From a virus (Duplodnaviria; Caudoviricetes): a stretch of 58,262 bases of DNA. Numbering within the stretch: position 1 is the first letter of the stretch; each line of letters starts with the position of its first letter. This document shows, piece after piece, positions 1 to 8,877 of the stretch. Under the pieces are notes generated by a model. The model did no database searches. It had not been told where the DNA came from and was given only the letters and a program-made list of their open reading frames with translations. The DNA is taken from the IMG/VR virus record IMGVR_UViG_3300044259_000151, positions 1 to 58,262 of that record; one strand, written 5' to 3'. A program made the translations under genes and the position numbers.

Positions 1-56
1 GTAAGAGCCCCAAAGGCGGGCGGAGGATTTAAACCCCCTACCCCCTGGCCACGCGG

Positions 57-392
57 TCAGGGCCGGGCGGCCAAGCGCGCGGCGCGGGCGCGGGTGGTCT
101 TGAGGGTGTGATGGCTGCCGCACAGGCATTGGCCGTTGTCGAGATCCAACAGCGCGCCGCCATCCCGACGCTCAACAATGTGATCGGCGAACAACCGGGC
201 CGGCGCGCGCACCTGGCAGCGGCGCCCATTCTCGACCCACTCGCACTGATAACCCGCGCGCGCTTTGACGTCTTGCGCCCAGCGCCGATATTCCGGCGTG
301 GTCAATTCGGCATCGACCGTCTTCGGAAGAGGCTTGACAGTGCGAGTGTCGATCGCGCGCAGCGTGGGCACCAGATTGCGAACCTTCGCCAT
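57..392 (-). CDS. HNH endonuclease (terminase/cos-associated)
   Basis: ADHIVERRDGG...NGQCLCGSHH motif; lies just upstream of terS across the genome end; start trimmed to MAKVRN. Confidence 0.9.
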   Translation of the reverse strand: MAKVRNLVPTLRAIDTRTVKPLPKTVDAELTTPEYRRWAQDVKARAGYQCEWVENGRRCQVRAPARLFADHIVERRDGGALLDLDNGQCLCGSHHTLKTTRARAARLAARP

Positions 393-456
393 CACATCAC
401 CCTTGCCGCCATTACAGCGGCGCCGTGCATGGCCGCCTCCATCCGTGAAATGCAAA

Positions 457-483
457 GCCCGCCGAGGCTGGAACCTGGCGGGC
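457..483 (-). terminator. GC hairpin in the late leader (possible antitermination-controlled terminator)
   Basis: GCCCGCC...GGCGGGC stem followed on the minus strand by TTTGCATTT; lies between the late regulator and HNH. Confidence 0.4.
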
Positions 484-555
484 CGTTTCTGATCTTTTTC
501 AGTGTGGGTAAGGTATGTCAAACAACTGCCGAGATGGAAGGGGGATGAGCAAGAT

Positions 556-1362
556 TTATTCCGCAGCGTTTTCAACGGCTTGCGAAATTCCTGCCATTTT
601 CGACAGTCTCACCCATGGCTGCCGGACGGGGTAAAACGGCAAAAGCGCATGCGCCTCAAGTCGCCTGCGCAGCTGATTTGCGAGGTGGTCAAGCGCATCC
701 TGCCACAGCTGCCAGTCGAGGCGGGAAAGAATGTCGCCGCGCATCATGCGGTCCAGCTCATATTTGCGATACGCACCGCGCAGTGGCTTGCACTTTGCCT
801 TGTCATAACCATCGGTCTCGAATGCATATTCTCGGCCGAGCGCATCCTTGGCCGTGCGTGTCACAAACCAGCGCGGCTTTCCGTTGGCGCTCACCATCCG
901 CACGCCGGGCGCCTCGCAGCGCCAGTCCGGCCCCTGCCCCAGGATCGCCGCGCCCGTGACCAGCGCCACCAGATGCCGGCCGGAAAGACGCTCGCCCTTC
1001 AGCCGCACTTCGCAGATGACGCGATCCACCTCGCGCGCAATCAGCCCATGCTCATCCTCGAATTCCGGAAACGGCGCCCAGCCGGCCGGCACCTCGAAGC
1101 TGATACCCGCCAGCGCCTTCACCGCCGCACCCACCTTCAGCGCATCCGGGTGCGGGTCGCCGTCCTCGATGAAGCCGGGCACCACACCAAAGGCATTCGG
1201 GCTTTTGTCGATCAGCGTTCCCAGCGCCGCAAAATCCTGCAGCACGCTGAAATTGCTGCCAACCACGGCCGAAAGCCCGTCGCCGCCACCGCTGCCCACC
1301 TTGCACAGCTCTTCACAGAAAGCCCAGGTCAACAGCGTTTCAATTCTCACAGTTTTTTTCAT
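556..1362 (-). CDS. Phage protein, probable late-transcription regulator (Q position)
   Basis: Last early gene before HNH/terS; IETLLTWAF and PHPDALKV motifs; function inferred from position. Confidence 0.55.
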   Translation of the reverse strand: MKKTVRIETLLTWAFCEELCKVGSGGGDGLSAVVGSNFSVLQDFAALGTLIDKSPNAFGVVPGFIEDGDPHPDALKVGAAVKALAGISFEVPAGWAPFPEFEDEHGLIAREVDRVICEVRLKGERLSGRHLVALVTGAAILGQGPDWRCEAPGVRMVSANGKPRWFVTRTAKDALGREYAFETDGYDKAKCKPLRGAYRKYELDRMMRGDILSRLDWQLWQDALDHLANQLRRRLEAHALLPFYPVRQPWVRLSKMAGISQAVENAAE

Positions 1363-1428
1363 GGCTCTCATTCCTTGTCTGAGAAGGGAGGGAAGCAAGG
1401 GAACAGATCTAATTTTTCAGGGAAGCAA

Positions 1429-1637
1429 GCAGGGAAGAGATTTATCAATAAAATCAACGCTAGGGATTGTAGGGAATGAAGTTTGACACCTTCAATGATA
1501 CGCGAAGAAAGAAACGCATCATCTGAATAGCCAAAATAGATATTGCGAAAATCATGCGCGTGCGCGCATGCGAAAGGTCGCAACCTTGGCTCCCTACAAT
1601 CCCTATCGTTGATTTTATTGGAAAATCTCTTCCCTGC
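1429..1637. repeat. 47-bp inverted repeat (1429-1475 / 1591-1637), probable replication origin
   Basis: GCAGGGAAGAGATTTATCAATAAAATCAACGCTAGGGATTGTAGGGA matches the reverse complement of 1591-1637 with 3 mismatches; extra AGGGA iterations; AT-rich, intergenic, downstream of the primase/helicase genes. Confidence 0.8.
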
Positions 1638-1780
1638 GCAAAACGCTAGGCTCCCGCCGTCGTTTCGTTCGTTCCCTTGCCTCCCGTCATCGGAGGCCCC
1701 GGACCCTTCGAACAGCGCGCAAGGGCATGTTAGGCCGAAACGGCCCTTGCTGTCCAGCGAGGGGTCCGGGTTGATCATCG

Positions 1781-2506
1781 TCACGCCCCCGAAAGCCGGG
1801 CGCGGATCTCGGCGCGAATGCGCAGGCCGCAATAGTGGCTGCCGTTGGATTTCTGGCGGTGATAGGCGCTTTTCGCCATGCCCTTGCCAAAGCCAACCAG
1901 CGTCATGTGTGGCGCGTTTGCCTGCGGCGCCCATCGGCAATAGAGCGCGTAGAGATCGGAAGCCTGCACCCGGCTCATCGGGTCCGGCTGGCAGCATTCC
2001 TCAAGAAAATCAGAAATATAGCGCGAAAGGTTGCGCTCATGCTCCGTGCCGTCAGGCGCCTCAGCCCGCCCGGTTTCCGGCAGGCCCAGCTGCCGCCACA
2101 GCGCCTGCGCCGCCTTGCGCCCATGCGTCAGGCGCATTTCCTTCACCAGGGAAAGCTTTTCGCGCACCACATCGAAATCCATCTCCGGCGCATAAACGCC
2201 TGTGCGGCGCAAGGCCGGCAGAACCTCGTGGAAGACGAAACGCTTCAGGCGCTCGGCTTCCGGCTTGGTGCTGGTGAAAATCAGGCGGAAAAGGCCCGGC
2301 TCGTTGACGCATGCCATTTCTTGCGGGCCACCAAGGGTGTCGGCAATACCGACACCCTTTTCATCATCCGGCAATCTGGCAATCGCATCACGATTGTTGA
2401 CGATGCCAAGGCAGCGGCACACATCCACCGCCACGAACCATTCCTTGCCGTCGCGCTCGAAGGCGCGCACCGGCAGGTTTTCGAAATCGAAGGTCATCAG
2501 GCTCAT
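1781..2506 (-). CDS. BRO-N antirepressor fused to a primase/D5-type C-terminal winged-helix domain
   Basis: N-terminal WFVAVDVCRCLGI...TLGGPQEMACVNEPGLFRLIFTSTKPEA...VLPALRRTGVY; C-terminal ISDFLEECC...ASDLYALYCRW...YCGLRI. Confidence 0.85.
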   Translation of the reverse strand: MSLMTFDFENLPVRAFERDGKEWFVAVDVCRCLGIVNNRDAIARLPDDEKGVGIADTLGGPQEMACVNEPGLFRLIFTSTKPEAERLKRFVFHEVLPALRRTGVYAPEMDFDVVREKLSLVKEMRLTHGRKAAQALWRQLGLPETGRAEAPDGTEHERNLSRYISDFLEECCQPDPMSRVQASDLYALYCRWAPQANAPHMTLVGFGKGMAKSAYHRQKSNGSHYCGLRIRAEIRARLSGA

Positions 2507-2775
2507 GCCACGCCCTCCACCTTTCCCTGCGCGGGCTCGCGCTGCAAATACAGCGCATACAGCGCCGCAACGGATCGCTCCGCCTGCGCAATCACATCGT
2601 CACTGGCAACGGAAAGCGCACGCAGGCCGCGCACCCTGCGCGGCAGGTCATCGATATGGCATGTGGAAAGATCGACCAGCGCCATCAGCAGGCTGCGGGC
2701 GTCGGCAATGTCGCTTTCAAGATCGGAAATCAGGGCAAATTCGTCCTTGCCCTCAGGACTGTCTTTGTCAGTCAT
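2503..2775 (-). CDS. Small protein in the icd position of a C4/antirepressor operon
   Basis: ATG at 2775 with a GGAG RBS; ATGA-coupled to the BRO gene. Confidence 0.6.
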   Translation of the reverse strand: MTDKDSPEGKDEFALISDLESDIADARSLLMALVDLSTCHIDDLPRRVRGLRALSVASDDVIAQAERSVAALYALYLQREPAQGKVEGVA

Positions 2776-2821
2776 GTGGTTGCTCCAGCTCTGTTTTGAG
2801 CCCGGCAACCACCTGTCAAAA

Positions 2822-2901
2822 TGGCGGCCGGGCGAACGCGGGTTGACAGACCCAGTGGAGCACCAGGCAAGCCTTTCGGCTTCCGCACGTCGCCCGGCCA
2901 T
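2822..2901 (-). ncRNA. C4-like antisense RNA (P1 C4 / P4 CI type)
   Basis: Closing stem GCCGGGCGA/TCGCCCGGC; loops carry GCTCCA (2856-2861) and CTGTCAA (2843-2849), complementary to target pairs upstream (2949-2954, 2964-2970) and downstream (2782-2787, 2813-2819). Confidence 0.8.
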
Positions 2902-3037
2902 AGAAAAACGCGCCCGAAAGGAGCATCTTTCCATAGCGCGTTGACTGCGCTCCATCAAAAGGGCTGTCAAACCCCGTCGCGGATTTTGCCGCGACAACTC
3001 AATGGTGCGCCAGTTCGTCACAAATTGCAAGATGGCG

Positions 3038-5071
3038 TCAGAAGCCATCGGGATAGTCCTCATAAGGCGGCGCCGTGTGGTGCCCATCGCCCGCCTGCCC
3101 GCGGAATTCATCCTTCACGCGGATGCCGTAATAGATGGTGGCAGAGGCCTTGCCCTTGCGGAACATGTGCATCATCCCGTCCAAGCCCTTCCAGGTCTTG
3201 CGCGTCTGGTCCGGCAGGCGGCGGGTGAAAGTGGGCTGGCGGAATTCGGAAAGGCCCTCGCGTCTGGCAAAGCGCATGTAGGCGTTGAACAGATCCTCGG
3301 GCGTTTCCCGGTCCTGATCGGATCCGGTCACATGACAGGCATTGCGGATGAAGGCGCCGATCGGGTCGCTTTCCTCGCGATATTCGGCGGTCGCCGCCCG
3401 CACGCCGGCCGGCACGCCCAGCCCGTTTTCCAGATAATCCAGCGCGCCGCGCACCATCCAGGCAAAAATGCCGTGCCGCTCGGCCCGCAGCTTGCGCGGC
3501 AGGTCGCGATCCACCTCATCCTCGGGGATCTGGATTTCCCATGGCACCAGGTGCACCCGCCGCCAGATTCCGTCGCTGTCATCCTTGATGATCGGCTTGT
3601 GGTTGCCGGACAGGATGATCTTGAACTGCGGGATCAGCTCGAAGAAATCCTTGTTCAGGTGGCGCACCGGAATGGGCTCGCCGCCCGTCAGCGCCTTGAT
3701 CAGCGCATCCTTGAGGTGCACGCCCATTTCCGGCTCGGAGGCCGCCACAAGGCGCACGCCGGGCAGGCGGGCCAGATCGGGCGTGGCCTCCGCGCCGCTG
3801 CGGCGTTTCTCGCCGGCAAAGCTGTCGATCGACATCGAGGCCGCGTAATCGCCCAGGATATCCACCATCAGATCCACGAAGGTGGATTTGCCGTTGCGCC
3901 CCGCCCCATAGAAAAACAGCAGGCACTGCTCACCCGTCAGCCCCAGCAGGCAATAGCCCATGTAGCGCTGCAGGAATTTGCGGTAATCCACATCCGGCAT
4001 CACCCGCTTGAGAAACTGGTCGAACAGCGCGCAGCGCGCCTCAGGATCCACATCGATCAGGGCCAGCTTGGAAATCAGGTCGCGCGGCGCATGCCGGTCC
4101 AGCCGCACCTGCCATCGTCCCGTCCGGCCCGCGCCTTTCTGGCCCTCGGCCGAGGCCTCGGAACAGAAGAACCGCAGCGTGCCGCTCTGCGTGTTGATGG
4201 CATAAAGATCAGTGTTCAGCTGCTTCACATCCACCGAGCAATAGGGAATGGCCTCGCGCAGCATGTTGTCGATTTTCGAGGAGCCGCAGGCGCTTTTGGC
4301 ATGGCTGTGGCGCGAGGACATGCGCCCGGCGCGATCGTCCTCCACCTTTTCCATGGCCTTCACCAGCGCGGTCAGTTTTTCGAACTGCCGGAAATCCTCG
4401 GCGCTCCAGCCGGATGCCGCCTCGAGAAGCCGCTTCTTTTCGGCCTCGGCCTCGCGGCCAGCCTTGATGGCCTTCTTCAGGTCGGCAAGCGCCCTGTGGT
4501 CTGCCTCTTCCCAGCCGGCTTTCGGCGCACCGAGTTTGGATTTTTCAAGCTCGGCGTCCGCGCCAGCCTTGATCAGAGCATCCAATGCCTCGATCGATCC
4601 GGCGTCCACCTCTTCCCGGGCAGGCTTCGGCTTTCCCATCGCCTTCAGCTCGTCACGCGCCTGGCGCCCGGCCACGATCGTCTGCTTTTCCTCTTCCGAG
4701 CAGTCCAGCATGATTGCTTCGTCGTCGATGAATTCGGCCGTGCGATGCGCGAATTTGCGCACCACAGCACCGGATGTATCCTCCATCCAGCGCTGGCCAT
4801 CATAGCCATGCCAGCCCACATGCGTCACATGGCGCAGGAATTTGCCATAGCGAACGCGCAGCCGCTCGCCATTGCCAATATCCGTTTCCGGAAGCGCCGC
4901 GCATTCCTCCAGGATTTCATCCGGAGAAAGCTCAAGGTCCGCTTCCTCCGGCTCTGCCTCCACCACCGACAAGGGGTCCGGGTTTGCCGCATAAAGCGCC
5001 CGCTGACCGCTCGCCTGCTGCAACATGCGCAGCACCTGTTCCGGTATCCCCGGTTTGTTCGGGTCGATCAT
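3038..5071 (-). CDS. P4-family / D5-like SF3 helicase (primase-helicase C-terminal module)
   Basis: ETDIGNGERL D5_N motif; Walker A GAGRNGKST; IKALTGGEPI; GIWRR; C-terminal winged helix. Confidence 0.92.
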   Translation of the reverse strand: MIDPNKPGIPEQVLRMLQQASGQRALYAANPDPLSVVEAEPEEADLELSPDEILEECAALPETDIGNGERLRVRYGKFLRHVTHVGWHGYDGQRWMEDTSGAVVRKFAHRTAEFIDDEAIMLDCSEEEKQTIVAGRQARDELKAMGKPKPAREEVDAGSIEALDALIKAGADAELEKSKLGAPKAGWEEADHRALADLKKAIKAGREAEAEKKRLLEAASGWSAEDFRQFEKLTALVKAMEKVEDDRAGRMSSRHSHAKSACGSSKIDNMLREAIPYCSVDVKQLNTDLYAINTQSGTLRFFCSEASAEGQKGAGRTGRWQVRLDRHAPRDLISKLALIDVDPEARCALFDQFLKRVMPDVDYRKFLQRYMGYCLLGLTGEQCLLFFYGAGRNGKSTFVDLMVDILGDYAASMSIDSFAGEKRRSGAEATPDLARLPGVRLVAASEPEMGVHLKDALIKALTGGEPIPVRHLNKDFFELIPQFKIILSGNHKPIIKDDSDGIWRRVHLVPWEIQIPEDEVDRDLPRKLRAERHGIFAWMVRGALDYLENGLGVPAGVRAATAEYREESDPIGAFIRNACHVTGSDQDRETPEDLFNAYMRFARREGLSEFRQPTFTRRLPDQTRKTWKGLDGMMHMFRKGKASATIYYGIRVKDEFRGQAGDGHHTAPPYEDYPDGF

Positions 5072-5547
5072 GGCTTGCGCGTCCTCTGCGCGATCAGATC
5101 TTCTGCTGCGCGCAGGATGTCAGACGGCGAGGCAAGTGTGCGCGTCAGGCGCCAGTTTTCACCGTTCTCATCGCAATCCATAAATTCATTACGCACCAGA
5201 TTTTCCAGCGCATTCCAGGCACATTCCTCTTCCCACTCAGGCTCGTAATAGCCAGACATACTACCCAGCATCACAGTGCCCTTGCGCGGATAAACAGGCG
5301 GCCGCATGACGACATGCCGTCCCTTGCGCGTGCAGAAAACAATGTCGGCGCCGCGTGGCGTGCCCCAACTATTATGGCCCGTAAATGTCGGGCGGCACGA
5401 TCCTCTTTCCCAGTGCTTGCGATCGCCGATGAATGCGCCGTGGTAACTTCCCCAAGATTTGGCAAAAAACTGAACACGACAATCTCCCAACATAGGCAGC
5501 ATTGGCGCCGCTCGTTTGGACAACTTCTTAAGGGTCCTCAAATTCAT
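5068..5547 (-). CDS. Hypothetical phage protein
   Basis: 159-aa ORF coupled by ATGA overlaps on both sides; lower GC. Confidence 0.7.
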   Translation of the reverse strand: MNLRTLKKLSKRAAPMLPMLGDCRVQFFAKSWGSYHGAFIGDRKHWERGSCRPTFTGHNSWGTPRGADIVFCTRKGRHVVMRPPVYPRKGTVMLGSMSGYYEPEWEEECAWNALENLVRNEFMDCDENGENWRLTRTLASPSDILRAAEDLIAQRTRKP

Positions 5548-6962
5548 ATCGCCTCCCCCTTATGCAGCGCGGCGCTGATGGCGCCGGAAAGATCGGTCCC
5601 GGCCGGTGGCCAGAGCGTGAAAATCTCGCGGCCAGCCGCGGAAAGGCGCGCTTCGGCGCGGGCCATGGCGGCGGCTGTCCAGACCGGCTCGCTGTCGCCA
5701 TCCGCCACCAGCACCAGCTCCCGCACATGCGGCAGCACCGGCATAGCCTCATCCGGATCCTGATCGGCCTTCGGCACGGGGCCCGGCACGCGCACGGCCC
5801 GAAAACGCCCTTTCGCGTCCACCTTTCTCAGCGTCGGGTGGTCGAAATCCGAGGATGGATCGCGCGGACCTGCCAGATTTCCGAGATCGCCGCCGGTGCA
5901 GTAAAACGTGTCGGCGCGCCATTCCTCGGCGCCGGCGAAGGCCACCACGTTTTCCGCGCCCTCGCTCACCACCCATCGGGAAAGCTCCGGGCCACCGCAG
6001 ACCGGCAGAAGGCCGCCCTTTTTCGAGCCGCGCATCTTCTTGGTCGGCAAACGCTCGTAGAAACCGGCCTCGATATCCTCCGGCGCAGGCGGCGCGGTAT
6101 GCCCGCCATCCTCCAGCACCGGCAGCCCGGCCACGCGGCCATCCTTGGTCAGCGCCCAGAGAACGGGGCGAAACTTGCCGGCCGGGTTGCCGATCTCGAT
6201 CCAGGTCTGATGGCAACCGATGATCTCGCCGCTCATCCCGTCCACCCCGGGCCGCACGATCGGCAGGATCAGCGATGGGCCGGCATAGATCTGCATCGGC
6301 CGCCCCAGCGCATCCTGCCCGTGGTAATAGCCGGCGCCGCGGCGAAACCGCAGATGCTCGAACACCCCATCGGGTAATCGGAACTGCGTGCGCGCCTGGA
6401 AATAGGCCCGCGCCATGGCGCGCCCCTCGACAGCATCGGGCAGAATGTCCAGGCAATCCTGCGCATTCAGCCACAGCCCGCGCGCCTGGCGAATTTCCCG
6501 CTCGCGAAACACATTGGCATCGGCAGCCTCTTCCACGCGCCTCTGTTCAGCCAGCCGCTCCGTCTCGGCAATGCGCAGCGCCCGCGCCGCGCGCTCCTCG
6601 TCCGTCTCGCGCTCGCCACCGGCCGGAACCGGCTCCCCGAGAAGAATGGAACAGGCCTCCAGAAACTCGGCGCGCCGATGCAGATCAAGATGGCGATAAT
6701 GCGCCACCAATGACAGCGCATCCCGCCCGCCCTGCCCGCAGCCGCGGCAATTCCAGGCACCCTTCAGGCGGTTCACCGAAAACCGGTCATCCCCGCCACA
6801 GCGTGGGCACGGCCCCTGATATTCCGTGCGGCTGGCCGATTTTTTCTGTCCCTTTTTTTGCGGAGTTGCGCCGGGCAAGGGAACGCCGAGAACCTCGCAG
6901 GCGCGAATGAAGGATACGGCGCGGGCGTGGGTGATGAATTCGGTGATGGCTTCGGAGGTCAT
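5544..6962 (-). CDS. DNA primase module (Zn ribbon plus Toprim-like)
   Basis: GPCPRCGGDDRFS...WNCRGC primase zinc ribbon; VVSEGAEN and LVADGD Toprim-like acidic motifs. Confidence 0.85.
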   Translation of the reverse strand: MTSEAITEFITHARAVSFIRACEVLGVPLPGATPQKKGQKKSASRTEYQGPCPRCGGDDRFSVNRLKGAWNCRGCGQGGRDALSLVAHYRHLDLHRRAEFLEACSILLGEPVPAGGERETDEERAARALRIAETERLAEQRRVEEAADANVFREREIRQARGLWLNAQDCLDILPDAVEGRAMARAYFQARTQFRLPDGVFEHLRFRRGAGYYHGQDALGRPMQIYAGPSLILPIVRPGVDGMSGEIIGCHQTWIEIGNPAGKFRPVLWALTKDGRVAGLPVLEDGGHTAPPAPEDIEAGFYERLPTKKMRGSKKGGLLPVCGGPELSRWVVSEGAENVVAFAGAEEWRADTFYCTGGDLGNLAGPRDPSSDFDHPTLRKVDAKGRFRAVRVPGPVPKADQDPDEAMPVLPHVRELVLVADGDSEPVWTAAAMARAEARLSAAGREIFTLWPPAGTDLSGAISAALHKGEAI

Positions 6963-7681
6963 TCTGCCGCCTCCACCAATTTCTCCGCATAGCCGCCCCA
7001 TTGGGCAGCAGCTGCAGCCGCAATTCCAGGGAATGTGCGACTGCGTACCTTCCACCTGTCACGGCCAGGCGGCGCACGGTGTATTGCAGACCATTCCTTG
7101 TGCGCATCCGTGCCAGCCTTGGGCGGGCGCAGACGATTGGTCGGCACCAGCTTTGGCAGACCGCGAAGATAAAAGGATGTGGCCTTAAATGCAGGATCGC
7201 CAAACCACCACGGCTGAACCGTTTGCGCCGGCGGCGCATAGTTGACAATCCGCTCCTTGGCGTGGCGGTGCATGACCGGGTTTTCCATGACAACGCGGTC
7301 AATCGGCGCGTTCCAGCATGAAGAAAAAAGAGCTGCCCCATCATCCAAAGCTTTCCACATGAAAGCCAGACGGTCGGCCTCGCTCATGCGCGCAAAGGCC
7401 AAACGCTGCTCCAGCGAATATCCTTCACCGAGATTCTTCGGCGGCGCAGAAAGCCAGCGCACGCCGCTGTTGCATAGACGCGTGCAGGGCGGATGCATCA
7501 CCGCAAGCAAATCCCATCCCCCATCGAGCACATCCCTGATATCGCAAACCAAATGTCGGTTGGTTGCATCTTCGGCCGGCAGCAAATCGCATGACCAGAC
7601 GTCATGTCCCAGCGCCGCAAATGCACGCCGCATCACGCCGCTTGTTTCGCAACCGATGAGAACACGAAGAGATCTCGTCAT
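6959..7681 (-). CDS. Short phage DNA cytosine-5 methyltransferase-like protein
   Basis: VLIGCETSG, SCDL, HPPC catalytic motif, MENP, QPWWFG, RSRTFPGIA; start trimmed to MTRSLR. Confidence 0.75.
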   Translation of the reverse strand: MTRSLRVLIGCETSGVMRRAFAALGHDVWSCDLLPAEDATNRHLVCDIRDVLDGGWDLLAVMHPPCTRLCNSGVRWLSAPPKNLGEGYSLEQRLAFARMSEADRLAFMWKALDDGAALFSSCWNAPIDRVVMENPVMHRHAKERIVNYAPPAQTVQPWWFGDPAFKATSFYLRGLPKLVPTNRLRPPKAGTDAHKEWSAIHRAPPGRDRWKVRSRTFPGIAAAAAAQWGGYAEKLVEAAE

Positions 7682-8004
7682 CCCATCACCCCCCTCAAAA
7701 ACTCCGCCGCCTCGGCGGCATCCACCGGCCGCAGCCGGCCAGCGCTGCGCATGGCGTCCAGCGCCAGCAACATTTCGTCGGAAAGATGCGCGTGACCGCG
7801 CGCGTGGCTGGTCACCGTGAAGGTAAAGAACACCGGCGTGCCATGCCGCCAGCCGCGCAGATGATGCGGCTCGGTGACGATGCGCACGCGGCCAAGCGCC
7901 GAGGCGCCGCCAAATCCGCACGCCGCAATCACCCTCCTGCCATCAGCCACCGTCTCGGCCGCAATCAGCAGAATGCCGCCGTCATGGGATACCGTCTCAG
8001 GCAT
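7678..8004 (-). CDS. Hypothetical phage protein
   Basis: ORF from MPETVS, coupled to neighbouring genes. Confidence 0.6.
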   Translation of the reverse strand: MPETVSHDGGILLIAAETVADGRRVIAACGFGGASALGRVRIVTEPHHLRGWRHGTPVFFTFTVTSHARGHAHLSDEMLLALDAMRSAGRLRPVDAAEAAEFLRGVMG

Positions 8005-8518
8005 CGGCGGCCTCCCCCATCTCGCTTGCCGCGTGCACGCGCCGCCCCTCCGGCGTGATGGCCCACAGCGTGGCGCGCGTGGAATGCGGCGCCTCCAGCT
8101 TTTCGATAAGCCCGGCATCCAGCAGCCGCTTGGTCTGGCAGCTGCCGCCATAGGGCGCGATGCCGGTCCTGTCCTCGATGGTGCGGATGCCCGCGCGCAG
8201 GGTTCCGCCGCTCTCAACCAGCAGCGCCAGGATTTTCCGGCCGTTCTCGGATAGCCCGCGCAATCCGGTTTTGGCCGGCGCCCCGCGCCAGGCCTCGCTC
8301 TCGCGCTCTGTTCTGTCAGGCGCGGCGATGGCAACGCGCGGCCGCGCACGGCCGATCGCCTGCAGCTGCGCCAGCGAAAGCCCCGTTGCCGCGCGGATGG
8401 CGCCACCCCGCGCCCCGCATTCCGCCATCAGCAGCACTGCCTCGGTCTGGAGCGCCGGCGAAAGCCCGGCAAAACGCTCAGGGTCCATCAGCACCTGTCC
8501 GTGCAACGAAAACATCAT
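7997..8518 (-). CDS. Hypothetical protein with a C-terminal winged-helix-like region
   Basis: LSENGRKILALL...RLLDAGLIEK...WAITPEG pattern. Confidence 0.6.
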   Translation of the reverse strand: MMFSLHGQVLMDPERFAGLSPALQTEAVLLMAECGARGGAIRAATGLSLAQLQAIGRARPRVAIAAPDRTERESEAWRGAPAKTGLRGLSENGRKILALLVESGGTLRAGIRTIEDRTGIAPYGGSCQTKRLLDAGLIEKLEAPHSTRATLWAITPEGRRVHAASEMGEAADA

Positions 8519-8877
8519 GACCACCTCCTCTGTCTCGGCAGACTCTCTGGCGTTTCGGCAGCCTTCGCCGCCGGTTGGTCAGACTCCGCCTCGCTCCACA
8601 GCGTGGCGCGCCATGCCATCACCTCGTCAAAAATCTGCCATCCGCGGCCGCAATCCAGCCGGTGTCGCACCTGCTCGCGCCACACCTCGCGCATTACGCC
8701 ATCCCGGTGAAACCACAGCGCGGTGGCGCGCGCGCCGGCCGGAATGGCCACCAGCTGGCCAAGCTCCGTCACCACGGTCACAAAGGCCGGCGCAAATTGC
8801 GGATCGCGGGCAAACAGCAGGATGCAAGCCTCGCGCGCATTGTCGGTGATGAGGTAAAATGGGGCCGGGGCGCTCAT
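8515..8877 (-). CDS. Hypothetical phage protein
   Basis: 120-aa ORF with ATGA coupling. Confidence 0.6.
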   Translation of the reverse strand: MSAPAPFYLITDNAREACILLFARDPQFAPAFVTVVTELGQLVAIPAGARATALWFHRDGVMREVWREQVRHRLDCGRGWQIFDEVMAWRATLWSEAESDQPAAKAAETPESLPRQRRWS

